Counted from the first letter of the whole stretch, positions 1 to 13,669 are shown. The stretch: 57,419 nt of DNA, filler included, from Platydemus manokwari (GCA_037951405.1; 4 parts of 4 records of this genome joined end to end with filler, not necessarily neighbours in it), one strand, 5' to 3'. The notes: generated by a model from the letters alone, not told the origin. Made by a program: numbers and translations.

Positions 1-361
1 AAAATCTTAAAGTGATTAAATCACTGTAAATTGTTGCCGTTTATTTTATTAAGTATGTACTTGTATATTAAATTTTGGATGTATAATGAATTGATATTAA
101 GGATTCTTAACATTTTAATTGTCGAATATTTGTAGTGTTTATGGTTAGAAAATGACTTTGTGTTTAAAATTATATAATGAATCCATTCATCGAATTTTTA
201 CAATTCCCAGCAGAGATTTATGTTTTAGAAATTACAAAATGACAAAAAATTATTTGATATTCAGCATTTTTATAATTTAATTATTCCTACAATAAAAATT
301 TTTAAATCACTGTGTTAACTATGCTCGAAATTTTCGTACTGAAATATATTTAAATAATTAC

Positions 362-2779
362 CATCAATTTGTCTGCTGAAATCCATTATCTCATCAATAA
401 AGGACAATTTATCATAGTCCTCCACAAACCCTATTTCTGACTTTTGTGCTTCAATTGCTGGCAGCCAAACTTTCTCAATCATTTCTTGCAATTGTTGTAA
501 AAAATTATCACTTCCATGAAAATAGGTCATGTAAATCTCCTTAATAGATAAATTTGGTATATTTTTAAACTTAGAATCAACTTTAAATTTCGTTAAAATT
601 TGATGATATATAGGTTAATAATACAAATAGGATGTTACGATAGATTAAGTAAATCACGATTTGACATACTTTTTAGACAATTAGTTAGTTGGGTATTATT
701 TACAATTAATAAACCTACGAGCTATGTATTGATATAGAAACAAAATACGATTGAAGGTTGTGGTGAAGTTATACTAAATGTCAGTTGGTTCTGTTTGGAG
801 TACCCCCTCCCCAACTCACCTAACCATTAATTAGAGCAAATAATTCAGCAAATAATTAGAGCAAATAACATAGTGGGGACCTCGTAGGCACATAAAAATA
901 GTAACGGTGTTACGGTATAAATACCGAATCGTAAGAACCACAACACACAACAATAAACCTTCGCATAGAAGTGATCAAAGTTGAATCAGAGCTGGCTTAA
1001 CTCGAATATTATTTACTGTAAACTGCACTAAGAAGTGGAACAAAATTTAAATTGAGCATTCAGGAGTTGCGACAATTTTTAACTGACACATTTCACTGAG
1101 CGGAGTAAGCCCTATTTTATCTTGTATAATTTTTCTCATTATCATTATAATTATTTAATTTTTGCTAAGTATTTTTGCATTTTGATTAATAATAACCATT
1201 AATAATTATTCCCAATGTCATTTACATTTAATAAACTATTTGTTAAGCACCTGCTCAATATAATCACACAATTGTTATCCTATGGCAATTGTTTTACGAT
1301 AACCTTCTAAAATCTCTCTTCTATTTATCGACCACTGCTCCGGCTATTTGTTCAAGTAACACCTTGGCCACTGATTTAACTTTTTTTATTGTTCACTTGA
1401 ACTCGTGTTATTTATTTTTGTTTCTAAATATATTATTTTATAACAATTTTCTTACAATGACTTATTCCGAATCTATAATGTATCAAATATTAGTAATTAA
1501 CCTCATTAACAAATTTATATAACAACTTCAATAATAATTGAATCTATACTAATTTTAGATTGCAACAATCCATATAGTCTAGTCAGACTCAATTTTTTCA
1601 CTATAATTAAACTAAAATCAGTTAGGATGTTATTTGCCTTAACTAGACCTTCAGATTCTTTTAGCAACTTTTCCGATAGCTTAGCCTTCATACCTATTAT
1701 CGAAGCTCTTTAGAGCCTGTGTAAGGTTAAGGCGTAATCAAAAAATAAACCAGTGACATAAAAAAAAAATAATAAACCCAAACAATCAAAACATTCAACA
1801 TTAAACATATTTTTATTTAATAGTTCTAATCTCAATGATGAGAAATGAAATATTAGAAGTCCCAGACAATATTGATGAGGTAAAATTGGAGTATCTGTGT
1901 ACTAAGTGTTGTCAATGACAATCAAAAGGCCATCACAGCCATTTCAATATTTGTGGCCAATATTGGTACTATTAAAGCAGCAAAAGATACCGGTGATTTT
2001 AGTGGGATGAAGTCATTATATCAAGCAAATTAATCTCGTTGAATTGCGTAATTATCTTAATATTCTGAGCTATGCAATCCTTCATTTTTGTCTTTTCATC
2101 TTTGAGATTTATTAATATTTTAAATAAATTTATCGTAAAATTTCCTTTCTCCGTTCATAGATGCATAATAAACAATTACTAAACAAAATACTTTAAATAG
2201 CACACTTGAAAATTTTTTGCTGTCTCGTTTTCATCAATTCGAATGAAAAATAGCGATGCCTCAAACGAAAGCATGTACTGATCAGAAATGAGTATTTTTC
2301 GCTTTTCTTTTTTCATAATTTTCATTCCGGTCTCTTGAGATTGACCTAAATAAAGTCGATACCAATTTAAAAATTTTGGCAAACTCCAACTATACTAGCA
2401 TGTTGTCCTTTCAGATCAAATTTCACAGATAAAAGCCCAGGGCCAATGTGATCTGATGGCTTTTGAACACAAATGCCGGGACTTTTATCTTTGGTAAATA
2501 ATTTACTAATCAAAGCTTTGTATTGTCGATTGGATTCAATTTCTTGAATTAATTCGTTTGATGATTTTAGAAGGGCTGTTGCAAAAGCCAATAATAATGG
2601 TTCATGTTTATCTTCTAACTCGTAATTTTCATTATCTTCATCCGATAACTTTTTGACCTGAGAAATTTATTTTCAATTTTACATTATCATTTTAGAATTC
2701 ATTTCAAATTTACTTTGGTATCCTGTGTTGGTGTGACGTTAACGGAATAATTGGAATCATATGATTCCTTTGATGCCAT
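362..2779 (-). CDS. Axonemal outer-arm dynein heavy chain (DNAH5/DNAH8-like), N-terminal exons; gene continues beyond the left edge
   Basis: Exons 2779-2714, 2657-2396, 2345-2206 and 539-362 join in frame with GT-AG introns. ELEDKHEPLLLAFATALL..LISKLF, KRKILISDQYMLSFEASLFFIRIDENETAKNFQ|EIYMTYF and LQEMIEKVWLPAI align, from memory, with the DNAH5 N-terminus (LLDARHNYLFAIVASCL / KPKVFV..VCVFFIRTD..NIHQEVSF / LLSDIFIPAL). The donor at 361 has no downstream exon in the window. Confidence 0.75.
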
Positions 2780-4003
2780 TCAATATTATAAATTTTTAAA
2801 AAATCAATAAATATTATAGAAACTAATGCTGCAGTGTATTATTTTAAACAAAATTACTACAGATAACATGATACTTCCATTAATCCTCAATATTCATCTA
2901 TACCTATTTGTAAAAATAATAAATGTTACTTTTTATAACCTGAACCTATCTAATCATATTTCAGAACTTAATATTTAAATATTTTATTAAATTGATATGT
3001 TTAGGTCTTATTTGTTTTTTATTATTATTAATCTTTTTTCTATTTGATATCACTATTATCTTAGTCTTAAATTAAGGCCGCAAACGTAATCAACCTTCAC
3101 CCCAAACAAGTTTTTGTTTGAAAACAAAAAGTGTGGTAACAGTGATATATCGTAACTATCAGTCTCGGTTTATGCACCTTATCTTAATTCCTAAACTCGA
3201 TGAATTTGATGCTGGTGTGAATCAATAATAAATGCTTGTTACTACAGGTGTTTATTATTAAATAACAATGATACAATCTGACGACCAAATACAGTAATAA
3301 GTTAAAAATTACAGACTGATTTCTATGCTACAATATACAACAAAACCTAAAATGAATCTTAAAAATTCCAATATTAAAACTAGAATGAATAAACTCCAGC
3401 ACTTTTAGAGCAAAACCAGTTATCCTTCAATATTGTTGTCAAAACTCGATAATAGGAGATGAAAGATATATAACAATTATCAGTATTTTGTTGAATAATA
3501 ATTGGGATAAGAGAAATAAAAGATTAAATCAAAACATGATACAAACCTGATACAAAAATTACACACAAAGCTCAAATACAAATACTGATGTAAAGTAACC
3601 CAATTGCCAGTTGGAGGCCAAGTTTTACGTTGATGCTTTATGCTAATCTGTGAAGTCCTTGTCGAGTTTTTCGAGTTATTCGTGTTCGTACTGAGTAGTA
3701 CGGTTTAGTGAAATACAAAACGCCACCTTCCATTATTTTAGTACCCAACAATTTTATACAAACATATCTTAGTGCACTGTCATCCAGTAAGACACTGAGT
3801 ATATGCGAAAATCTGATCTATCACAAAAATTGTTTTCCAGTGATGTTCTTAATTGCAAATCTATAAAAATTGACTTAATAGTAAGAAAAAATAATGACAG
3901 ATAAAATACACGAGAAAAATGTACAAAAAAATTAAATTAAAGGAACTCTTTGAAACATTAAAAATCTTTATAAAATAAAAATTCTTTTGACAAATCTCAC
4001 ACT

Positions 4004-7000
4004 TCATTGCTTGTTATCAATCAATGACAGCATAGTCAGACAATCGAATGCTTTTGTTTCACTTTTCCAATCTAATTCATAGATATGAGATTTTCTGAAA
4101 TTATTAATCGATTAAGAACATAATCGATAGCAAATAACTGCTCACAAATATGATGCATAAAGATCTTCTGGTTTCTCAATTATTGACTGGTGAGTAAGAA
4201 CATTGTAATAATATGTATAGCCTTTTGTTTTACTGATTGCAACTAGCCAAGGATCTTGAAACAATTTGGAATTGTTATATATATTTAGAAAAAATCAATT
4301 AGATATACCATTGATGACATTTATAATGATAAGCTTTCCAAGCGGATAGAAATGATCAATTTTTCGACATGTAATCATTTCTTGTTCTTTCTGGATTCCT
4401 TTAGCTTTTTTCATTGATATGCTAATAATATTAATTGATTAATGATGACAAACCATTTAAACAAGGAAAGTTTTTTTGGGATTTTAATATGACTATTGTT
4501 ACAATTTTTCCATTGTTTTTTAGTGTGATAAAACCATAGATAATTGATATTTTTCTTCATGGAGATATTATTGTTGATATATTGATATCAATATTATTTA
4601 TAACTATTCTATTGTAGATAAAATATAAAATACAATAAAATGTTTATGATTGTCAATGAATATTGGTCGAGATAATAATAAAAACTAGAATTTTACTTGA
4701 GACCAATTTCATTTATAAATATCTAATAGAATCTACTGTTTTAAATTCATTGACAATTTGAATCTGTGTCACAAATATATCAAATATAAACAAAAATAAA
4801 CATCCAAAATTAAAAAATAAAATGATCCATATTAACAGTTAACCCTTTCAATACGACTTTTGGTCAGTGAAAATATTTTTGTATAACTGAACTATAGTTG
4901 CTGCAAATAAATAAAGGAACATATTTACATAATTTCATATTTTTAGAAAATAAGTTTTTGAAAAAATGCCTTGGGACACATATGTCTCTGCAGTAGTTTA
5001 ATACAAATATTTCTCGCATCAGTAATTTTTGAACATTTTCTGGGACTATATCCCCGCAGTATCGAAAGGGTTAATAATATGATATTTGAAGAATGGTAAT
5101 TTAAGATCGATGTTCTGATAACCGATCTTTAACACACATTAAAAATCCACCAATGAAATTAAATATAAAATCATAGAAATATTGATGCACACTAAATAAT
5201 AGTTTCCAATAATATTCATAAATAATGAAAATCAATTCAATTCATATTTTATTGGCTCAATTCATTAAGGAAGGGTGAGGGATAATAATAATCAGTATAT
5301 AGGAAATAAAAACCCTTCTCGATATAATAATTATCATCAAATATATCACAACAGAAAAATAATACAAATATCTTACTATCGAGAAACATAATTCTTGATA
5401 TCAGAAAGGGGAAAATAATCTATCGGTCGTATGATTCCTTTCAATTTAGGATCTAACAAACTACATAAATTGGCTACTTTGTGCATTCTAATGATATGGA
5501 ATGAAATCATTAATGAGATTCATGTATTCGAAAGGATAACTCACCGATCTTCATAAGGTAATTCTGAGATTGGTTCGCCGTAAATTAATGGCGAATCAAC
5601 AACAATTATAGAATTATATTTGATATTACCTTTGGAACCGCTATATTCCAGTCCAAAATTTACGAGAAGAATCGTAAACGACGGAATCGACAAAGACCAC
5701 TTTTTCAAATTTTCCGATAATCTTAAAGGCATAGATTGAATACCTGGATACCAACTGACATGTTTTTTATCTTTTACCACCACATATAATGGTTTTTCAA
5801 GTTCTGGTAAACCTTTGGGACCAACAAATGCTGCGTAGTGATTTCTTACGACAAATTTATCCTTTTTGAAATCGACATCTGTTAAGGTGGTCATTGGTTT
5901 TTGAGCTAAACTATTCAATTTTTCGAATCGATTTTTATAGTTCATCTGTTCAGATAGAAGATGATAGATAGATCAAGGAACATGTAGGTCAAAGAATAAT
6001 TACATGAACAAATTGGGTCACATTTCCATCCGCCTCTTCTCTTGTAAAATGATCACGTTTCAAATCAGGTAATTTCCAAAGATCGTAAGCTTCTCTTTGA
6101 ATATCCATTTGTCGAGAATCAATTGTATTTTTATCTTTAATGAAATAATGAAGTTTAGCCAAGGCAATGATTTGCTGTTTCAAAATCCTTTGAAGGTAAA
6201 CAGAAATCAATTCTACTGCACTATTTCTCGATCATTAAAACTACCTGTTATTAATATCTTTGATAAATTGATAAAATTGAATATCTCGTTTTAATATATT
6301 GTGATGGATGATTTTTAAAACATCTGATTTCGTATCTTTACAATCATGGAAATCTTGGTTTACTTCATACAGAAATTTGCGTACTTCTTCTACACGATTG
6401 GATTGACTGGTGAAATTTTGGAAAATAATGTATCTATGAGAAATAAAATTAAACTGTAACGAAAAGTATAATGGCTTGATGATATTTATGAAGAGAGAGA
6501 GTACATATCTTATTCACACTAGTAGACGATGTGATATTTTTGAAATCTTTGAAATAAAATCTGGACTTTGCATTGTTCAATAGGTAATTATCAATATAAA
6601 TTGAAAATCATTTATAATACAAATATATAAATAAAATATCAATATTCAATGCATTGTATATACACAAGATAAATGTACGAAATGATAATTTAATATTTTA
6701 TTCATATTCACAATGCTCAACAATTGATTTTAACAGAGATGAAAACAATAGGAAAATAATTTTAAAATTATTATGAAATAATTAAATATAATTAAATATA
6801 TAATATTACTTAAATATAATGAATAAACAAATTAAATTAAATTAATGAAATATTGAATAATCATAAATTAATAAAAATTACAAATAAATAATAAAAAAAT
6901 ACCTTTCGGAATTCGCTGGTCTACTGGTTATTGGTTTAACAATAGATAATTGATGAAACAATGTCGAGACGAGATGAATGAGTCCAACCGAATAATCTGT

Positions 7001-10000
7001 AAATGTATCAAACAATTTACACACAAAATTGCCACCAATTCTCAAAATATTAATAGCACACAGAAATTGACATAAATATAATTGTTTCGATAACAATTCT
7101 TGAATTGATTCTGAACCAGTTACATCGAAACCACCATCGGCCAATACCGTATGAACACCAATACCACTTGTTCCTTGCATGACTTCAGCTTGAAATTTTT
7201 GAAGGTTCTCCTCATTCGTCACATCTCCATTATCATATTTACCATAACTCGGATGAAAACATTCCACTGGTCCACAAAGAATGTTCTTTAATTTAAAATC
7301 ATCTTTTCCTTTTAAAGTAAATCCAAATCCACATGATTGCAATGGGCGTTTCCATAACATGAATTCAGTAAATCCTCCAGGCCCAGCGCAAATATCGGCA
7401 AAATATAATGTCTACAATGTAATAATAGCATAACATATATAATACTATAATAGATCATAAAATTCGAAAACTAGATATAAAAAATAATATGGATATCGGT
7501 TTAAATAACTAAGGATGAAATCAATAAAAATATTAAAAATGCATTTGATCAAACCAAATTGAATTTTTAAAATGTTTTCTATAATATAAATAAAAAATAT
7601 TCAAAAATAACGTCTTGAGTTACACTTTTTCGTGTTAATGAATTGCCACAATCATTATCAACATGATAATTAATAAAAGAGCCAAATAATAATTCTAACG
7701 ATTGACTAATAACTTCGTCAGTATAAATATCCTTACTGCAATCATCATCAAAGTAGTATGAGATCAACATCTCCAAATCGGATTCACAACATTTCCTAAA
7801 ACTACAAATTAAATACACTAAGATCGATCTTAACTTTCTCAAATTAATCTCATCGTAAGTTTCAATCTTTCTTACACAATTCTTCCTAAACACCATTCCA
7901 TCAAGAGAAACGTGCCTCAACAATAAATTGGATTTATATCTTTGTATCGTACGAGTGCTTACACTACATAATTTAAGTAAACAAACTAAACAACCGCACA
8001 CCTTAGCCTCTAACATATTGTAGGCTTGTCTCTCCTCGAAAGACAAACCGGAGTGCAAGAAATTTACACAGCAATCGAAGCAAAACCCACTAATTACAAT
8101 CCTTTTCTTTAAACAGTGTGGAGAATTCCTTATCATATTTCAATACAACGGCAGTTGAGGTAAATGACCATTGATCTTAACTCGTATCTCATACTCTTTC
8201 TATTAATATTGACTTTATACTAATAATTCCATAATTTGGAAAATAAAATGTATCATTTATTGACACATAATAAAGTATATTGTATCGCTTAATAAAGTTT
8301 CGGCAAGATTATAAATAAAAAATCGCTGTAATTACTCCAGCAAATTACAATCATAAATGATCATTTGCAAGCAAAATTGAAAAAAATTGATTGAGCTCAA
8401 AATTATCGGTTTCATTTAGCGCTTTTGATGAAAAATAATGCAAGTGCTGAGAAATATCCAAATGATTTTGAATTGAAATATCTCACCATTGATATGAGTA
8501 GTGATATCAATAAAAAGAATGTTAGTTCTAATATTAGAATAGCATTTAGTGAGAAACCAAATGCTTTCATTGGTTGAATCGAAAAATGGATATTAATCAA
8601 ATTCAATAATATAAAATTAAAGAACAACAGCAATTGATTTTGTTTATTATCGATTCGTCTAGCATCGATATTCGCTTAATAAAACCACATAAAATGTGAT
8701 TTGAATTTCCGGATAGAATTAAAAGAGACAAAATAATTCACAAATAATCTAATTGCTATATATTTTCAGTTCTGATTACACCTCCTATAATTGTTGACAA
8801 AAATCATTACTGCTTATAAATGAATACAAGATGCTATATTGGTAGTATATAATTTTCAAATAATTTTATTAAGTTTTGACCTAGCTTTTCATAATGAGAT
8901 TTTACCATCTCCCATGGAACATATCATGAGATTCTACCTCATTTCAATTAAATTACTATTTATTCGTTTATCGAAATCATTCAATTGAAACATTGATGCG
9001 AAATTAACAAAATATGACCCCCATCTCACTATCGAATATCAATGATGCATCTTCAGAAAAAAGAACAAACATTGGAATCGACCAATCTAATTTGGAGCTC
9101 GATGATGTAATAGAAAATGTTAATATAAAATGACTGTCATAATAATGAGTTAATAAAGAATGACTCTGTTTTCGATCGAAAATATTGATAATTTCCTTAG
9201 AAATGAATGCAGTATAATGAAATATTGGATTAATATATTCAATTAAAATTCAGATTTTATACGACAGCTTCAGTGTAAATAATCGTCACTCATAATTGAA
9301 AAAAAAACTATGGAGGGAGAGGGGAATTGAGATTGAGCGCTTTAATGATATCAAAACTCATTTCTATTCTAATCCAATAGATTGTATTACGTGGTGATTC
9401 AAGACTAAGTAACCGTTTGATCCTTATTTCTATAATTTCTGTAATAATCAGCCTTAAGAAACGTTAAAGCGCTTTCAATTCTCATAAGATAGTCTCTAAA
9501 TGAATATTTCGAGAAAATCCCTAAGATTTGAAATTTATCTTAAAATTATCCGAATTTCCACCATTTTAGTATCAAATTGATAAAATCGGTCCAAAATTTG
9601 CATTAATCTTATTCCATAGCACGTAATTAATTTCAATGGTTGTCTATAAAAATCACACACAATAACAAACATATGCTAATCATGACTACAACCACATAAA
9701 TATGTTACAAAAACCCTGTATTATTTTATAATCAATAATAATAATCGATAAATAAATCCAAATTTTCAAAATTTGATATAATTAATAAATTAACTACCTC
9801 ATTGTTTTCCACATTCGATAATAAATTTTGAGAAACATAATCCAAATTAACCATTTTCATTGCTGCTCTAAAAACGTGCATGAATTTTCATTTGAGTGTT
9901 TTTAAATCAAATATTACAACACCTGTTAAGAAAAAATCCCTTTCCGATTTTTTCATAGGGGTTCGATCTATCACGACCATCAATGAGAGATTCATATCTT

Positions 10001-10510
10001 CCCAATACCGACTAAAATATTGATAACATTTTCCATGAAAAATTTTTTAATATTTCACTTTGCATTTGAGCATTTCAATAAGCAATTCTGCATCACAAAA
10101 TGTGGTCTCGTTATCTAAACTGTCTTTTCGATCACCAATTTGTTTGCCTGATGACAATGGAAAATCATCAAAATATGTACGACAACCTTGTAAAGTTGCT
10201 ACAATATCCCCCGAAGCCGAAGCTTCATCCATTCCCAGTTCCCAAACTGTTTCAGGCTCCTCAATGCCAAGATCTTCATCTTTCAAACCTATACCGTGAC
10301 GATTTGAGTTCATACTTGCTGCTATTGGCTCCTGTAATCCTTGGCTTTTAGCTCCTAATCCTTTACCAGACCACCCCATGTTTTTCTAAAGTGCATATAT
10401 ATTTTGACAGTATACTAGCAACAATTCACCAGCAATTTATATCCATAGTTTGATTGCATATCATCTAACTTTGATTTCTTTAAACTAGGTTCGTAATCCT
10501 CTGTTTTCAT
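4004..10510 (-). CDS. CMTR1: Cap-specific mRNA (nucleoside-2'-O)-methyltransferase 1, 12 exons
   Basis: Exons 10510-10430, 10385-10059, 10011-9923, 9867-9798, 7411-6903, 6433-6245, 6187-6004, 5945-5545, 5487-5377, 4421-4309, 4254-4146 and 4094-4004 are in frame with GT-AG introns. Motifs: G-patch (KLLKNMGWSGKGLG..G.QEPI), NPYE..GFFLNRAAMKM, YFADICAGPGGF, ADGGF, FVCKLFD, KPITSRPANSERY (K-D-K-E tetrad) and a C-terminal WW-like domain (PWLVAISKTKGYTYYYN). Confidence 0.95.
4843..5070. mobile_element. piggyBac-like MITE in a CMTR1 intron
   Basis: TTAA|CCCTTTCAATAC ... GTATCGAAAGGG|TTAA: 12-bp TIR with one mismatch and a TTAA target-site duplication. Confidence 0.8.
7579..8136 (-). CDS. Cys-rich intronless 185-aa ORF of unknown function nested in CMTR1 intron 4
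   Basis: 558-nt uninterrupted ORF in very AT-rich surroundings, with CxxC-type motifs (CFDCC, CGCLVC). I recognise no family. Confidence 0.4.
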   Translation of the reverse strand: MIRNSPHCLKKRIVISGFCFDCCVNFLHSGLSFEERQAYNMLEAKVCGCLVCLLKLCSVSTRTIQRYKSNLLLRHVSLDGMVFRKNCVRKIETYDEINLRKLRSILVYLICSFRKCCESDLEMLISYYFDDDCSKDIYTDEVISQSLELLFGSFINYHVDNDCGNSLTRKSVTQDVIFEYFLFIL

Positions 10511-12319
10511 TCTTTACAATTATTAATACTAGGTAAATTTATTAAATTATTTCTAAATTAAATAGCAAATATTTTACTAACATTCGTAAAATTTTAAACT
10601 TGGACAATATATTTAAACAAATTTGAAGTTTAAAATATAGTTAAATTTTTAAATTACAATTTAACAATTGGAAATCTATAAATATAATTTTTTGTGTTTT
10701 ATATAATCTTATAAATATTTTCGATTATTAAAATGTACTTAATTTTATATATTTTTTGCATATCCTAATTTTCATTACAAGAACGTCGAAGAAATCTTCA
10801 TCTTATGACTTAAATAAATAATTACATCTATTTAATCTAAACTTGTACTTCATTTTAAATGTACGAATTTATGTTTATTTCTATTTAGAAATAACATTTT
10901 AATGCAAGTTTCATTCTTAAAATTACTTATTTTAACATACAAGTTTTTCTAGTTATTAATATCAGACAATTGCAGACAATAGAAAATTCATTTATTGCGA
11001 CATCAAATTCATATTTAATTAGCAATGTGATTGCTTCAAATTTTGAAGTTATTTTAAGAAAATCAAAGGTAAATTCAAGGTTATTATTTATTAACTTGTT
11101 TAATCGAGATGTTATTCAAAGGAATTTAACATCAACATTTACGTCTTGAAAATACAACATTTGTTTGGACTGTGCAGTTCTTCATATCGTTCTTGGTCTA
11201 ATTAAGTTCTTTAGATACCTTTAATTTGTGATTTTTACAATCTTTTCATGAATCAGTTCAGCTTCGATAATGCTTACCGAAAAAAAAAGATATAAAGTAA
11301 TGATGATTTCTAAAATATGAATTTAAAAGATACTATAATTTGATTTATGTCTTGACTTTTCAATTTGTTTTCAATGTGTTGTTGTCTAAACTTGATGATT
11401 AAATCTATCAGATTATTCTATATGGAATTGAATGTCTTTTTACAACAGCCGGATTTTTTCTCTCTTAGCCTTCAGGTGTGAATTTTAGCAACATGATTTA
11501 TTGATAAAAAATGTTATTTATTTAAGAATAGTGATTTTCTTTATAGAAAGATTAATCATTTTCTGAAACTACGAATTTTATTAGTATTAATTTTTCACAT
11601 TGATAAAATTCATAATTAAACATAACAATTAACTTTACAACTAGTAAAGATTTTCTTTTTACAAAAAAATAAAGAAATACATTTACATTCCTAAAATATT
11701 GGTACACATTATAATATCACAATAATGTAAAAATTATTACAGGATTATTTGTTCACAAAAATATAACACCAAATTGTAAAAACATCAAATTATTAATGGT
11801 ATAATTTTGGGGTTGTTGATTTTCATGCTTACACTGGTCCTGTGAGAGCTTCGGTAGCTCGAATGAAGATGAAGCCACCGGGAAATATACTGAAGTTGTC
11901 TAAAAGTTAAACAGTATTTTGATTGATTGTTATAACAAGGATTTAAACTGTCCATTTGTAGCAACTGTGGCTTTGCACTAGACGTACACAACAACGTGTT
12001 AATAATTAATGAAAGATTTGCAAAAATGTGCAACGCGCTACATAAGTAGTTTGCTTCATGATATCCGTACAATAAATACCAGAAAGCTTCGATCGAGAAC
12101 GACAAAAATAATTATTAATTATAAATTAATTTAGTTTTGATTTTTAAGATAGTGCTTACAAAAAAATGAAATATAACTCACGATTGTAACATAAATTTTC
12201 CTCGAAGAAAATATCGAATTATAATTTATCGCAGATGCTTCACTTCTTCTGTGTTTGTTATGTTAAGGGTGTCTCTTTCAAGCTAATGTATGTTTATATA
12301 TTTTTTGTTACTGCTGCCT

Positions 12320-12454
12320 TTATTCGAAGAAGCAATATCACATGAATTAATAAACATCAATCAAGAAGTCGTTTGTAAATGTTATTCAAGCTTCGGGAAA
12401 CGATGCAATCTCTGTTTGGATCAAGGTGGTAAACATTTTGAACAGTTGTTATGA
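12320..12454 (+). mobile_element. Tc1/mariner-superfamily transposase C-terminal relic
   Basis: Translates EEAISHELININQEVVCKCYSSFGKRCNLCLDQGGKHFEQLL*, the typical R..C...GGHFE.LL transposase ending. Confidence 0.65.
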
Positions 12455-13669
12455 AATTGCTTATTCTTTACCGTTATTTGTTTTTACTGTTATTATGTTT
12501 TTTTGTGCATTAAAGTAACTCATTACATGTAGTTTGTTCTTACTGTGGTTTTATTTTAGTTTTAAAGACGGAGACTTATGAATCGCACGGCATATTGTGA
12601 CAGTATGTATATCCAACAATTGGTATTCAATCAACATAAAAAAACTTATTTTAAGTATAACTACATTAAAAAAAATTCATTTTTGAAGCGAGTTTCCATA
12701 AGACACATGGTCAAAAAACGTTATAGAATTTCTGGTGTTATTTATAATAAAAAAGTTTCATTTAATTATAATGTCGAATTTTTTCAACTCAATAGAAATT
12801 TTCTTTATTCTTGGTCCTGAATTTCCTGCTTTCAACCTATCTATTTGTTTTCCTTATAAAATTAAAGTTTAAATATTAATTAAATTTAACCTTTAAATTA
12901 TTTCAAAAATATTAAATTTTTATCAACCTCTAAAGAAAAATAAATAGATGCTTTAAATAAAATAAAATTTTTGTTTCGAATTGAATATTTGTTTATTTAG
13001 TTCAGAAACATAACCTAGCAAACCAAACAGAAATGATGATAAGACCATGGTGATAAATTATTGTTGAGAACAAAAACTGACCAGAAGTTAAATCCATCTT
13101 TAATTAACCAGAACATTTCGAAAGATCAACTGTTCTCAAGTTGAGCTCATTCTTCTTTTTAGATTCAGTTGTTCAGAAAAAATTGTTTTTTATCATTATA
13201 AAGCAACCACTAAACACACACACACACAGAGTTAGATATGTTAAGGTACATTAACTTTTTTTAGAACATCAACCATTTTGTCAATATTAATATTTGTCTC
13301 CATAAACGTACATTGTGTTCACAAGATATCTTTTTGATTATCAAAATACCATTTTAATAATAATTTTCAATAAAAATAAAAATTGATTTTATATATTTTA
13401 ATACAAGAATGAATGGCATAAAAACACAAAGAAAGGAAATTCAACGCACAGCATTTAACATATTTTAATTTTCTGTCATCTCACACATTATCACTAGACA
13501 CAGTTGAAAATAATGAAAATTTCGAATAAAATAGTTTGTTCATATTGATCGATGAATATTAATAATAATTCTATGAAATCAATTCAAATTCACTCTTCTG
13601 CATATAGACGCACACATACACACAAATTAGAGAAAGAACAAAGGTAATCCAATCAATTTGTCAAATCAA

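Noticed and set aside
5374-5378. Apparent premature TAG in CMTR1 exon 9
   Set aside because: The TAG overlaps a splice donor (TA|GTAAG); splicing to 4421 gives TAC and continues to the WW domain.
11780-12110. RNase P/MRP, SRP or telomerase RNA
   Set aside because: No conserved CR-I/CR-V motifs, SRP helix 8 or telomeric template were visible.
13033-13080. C-box ATGATGA with a downstream CTGA as a C/D snoRNA
   Set aside because: Too short, no terminal stem, and no recognisable guide.
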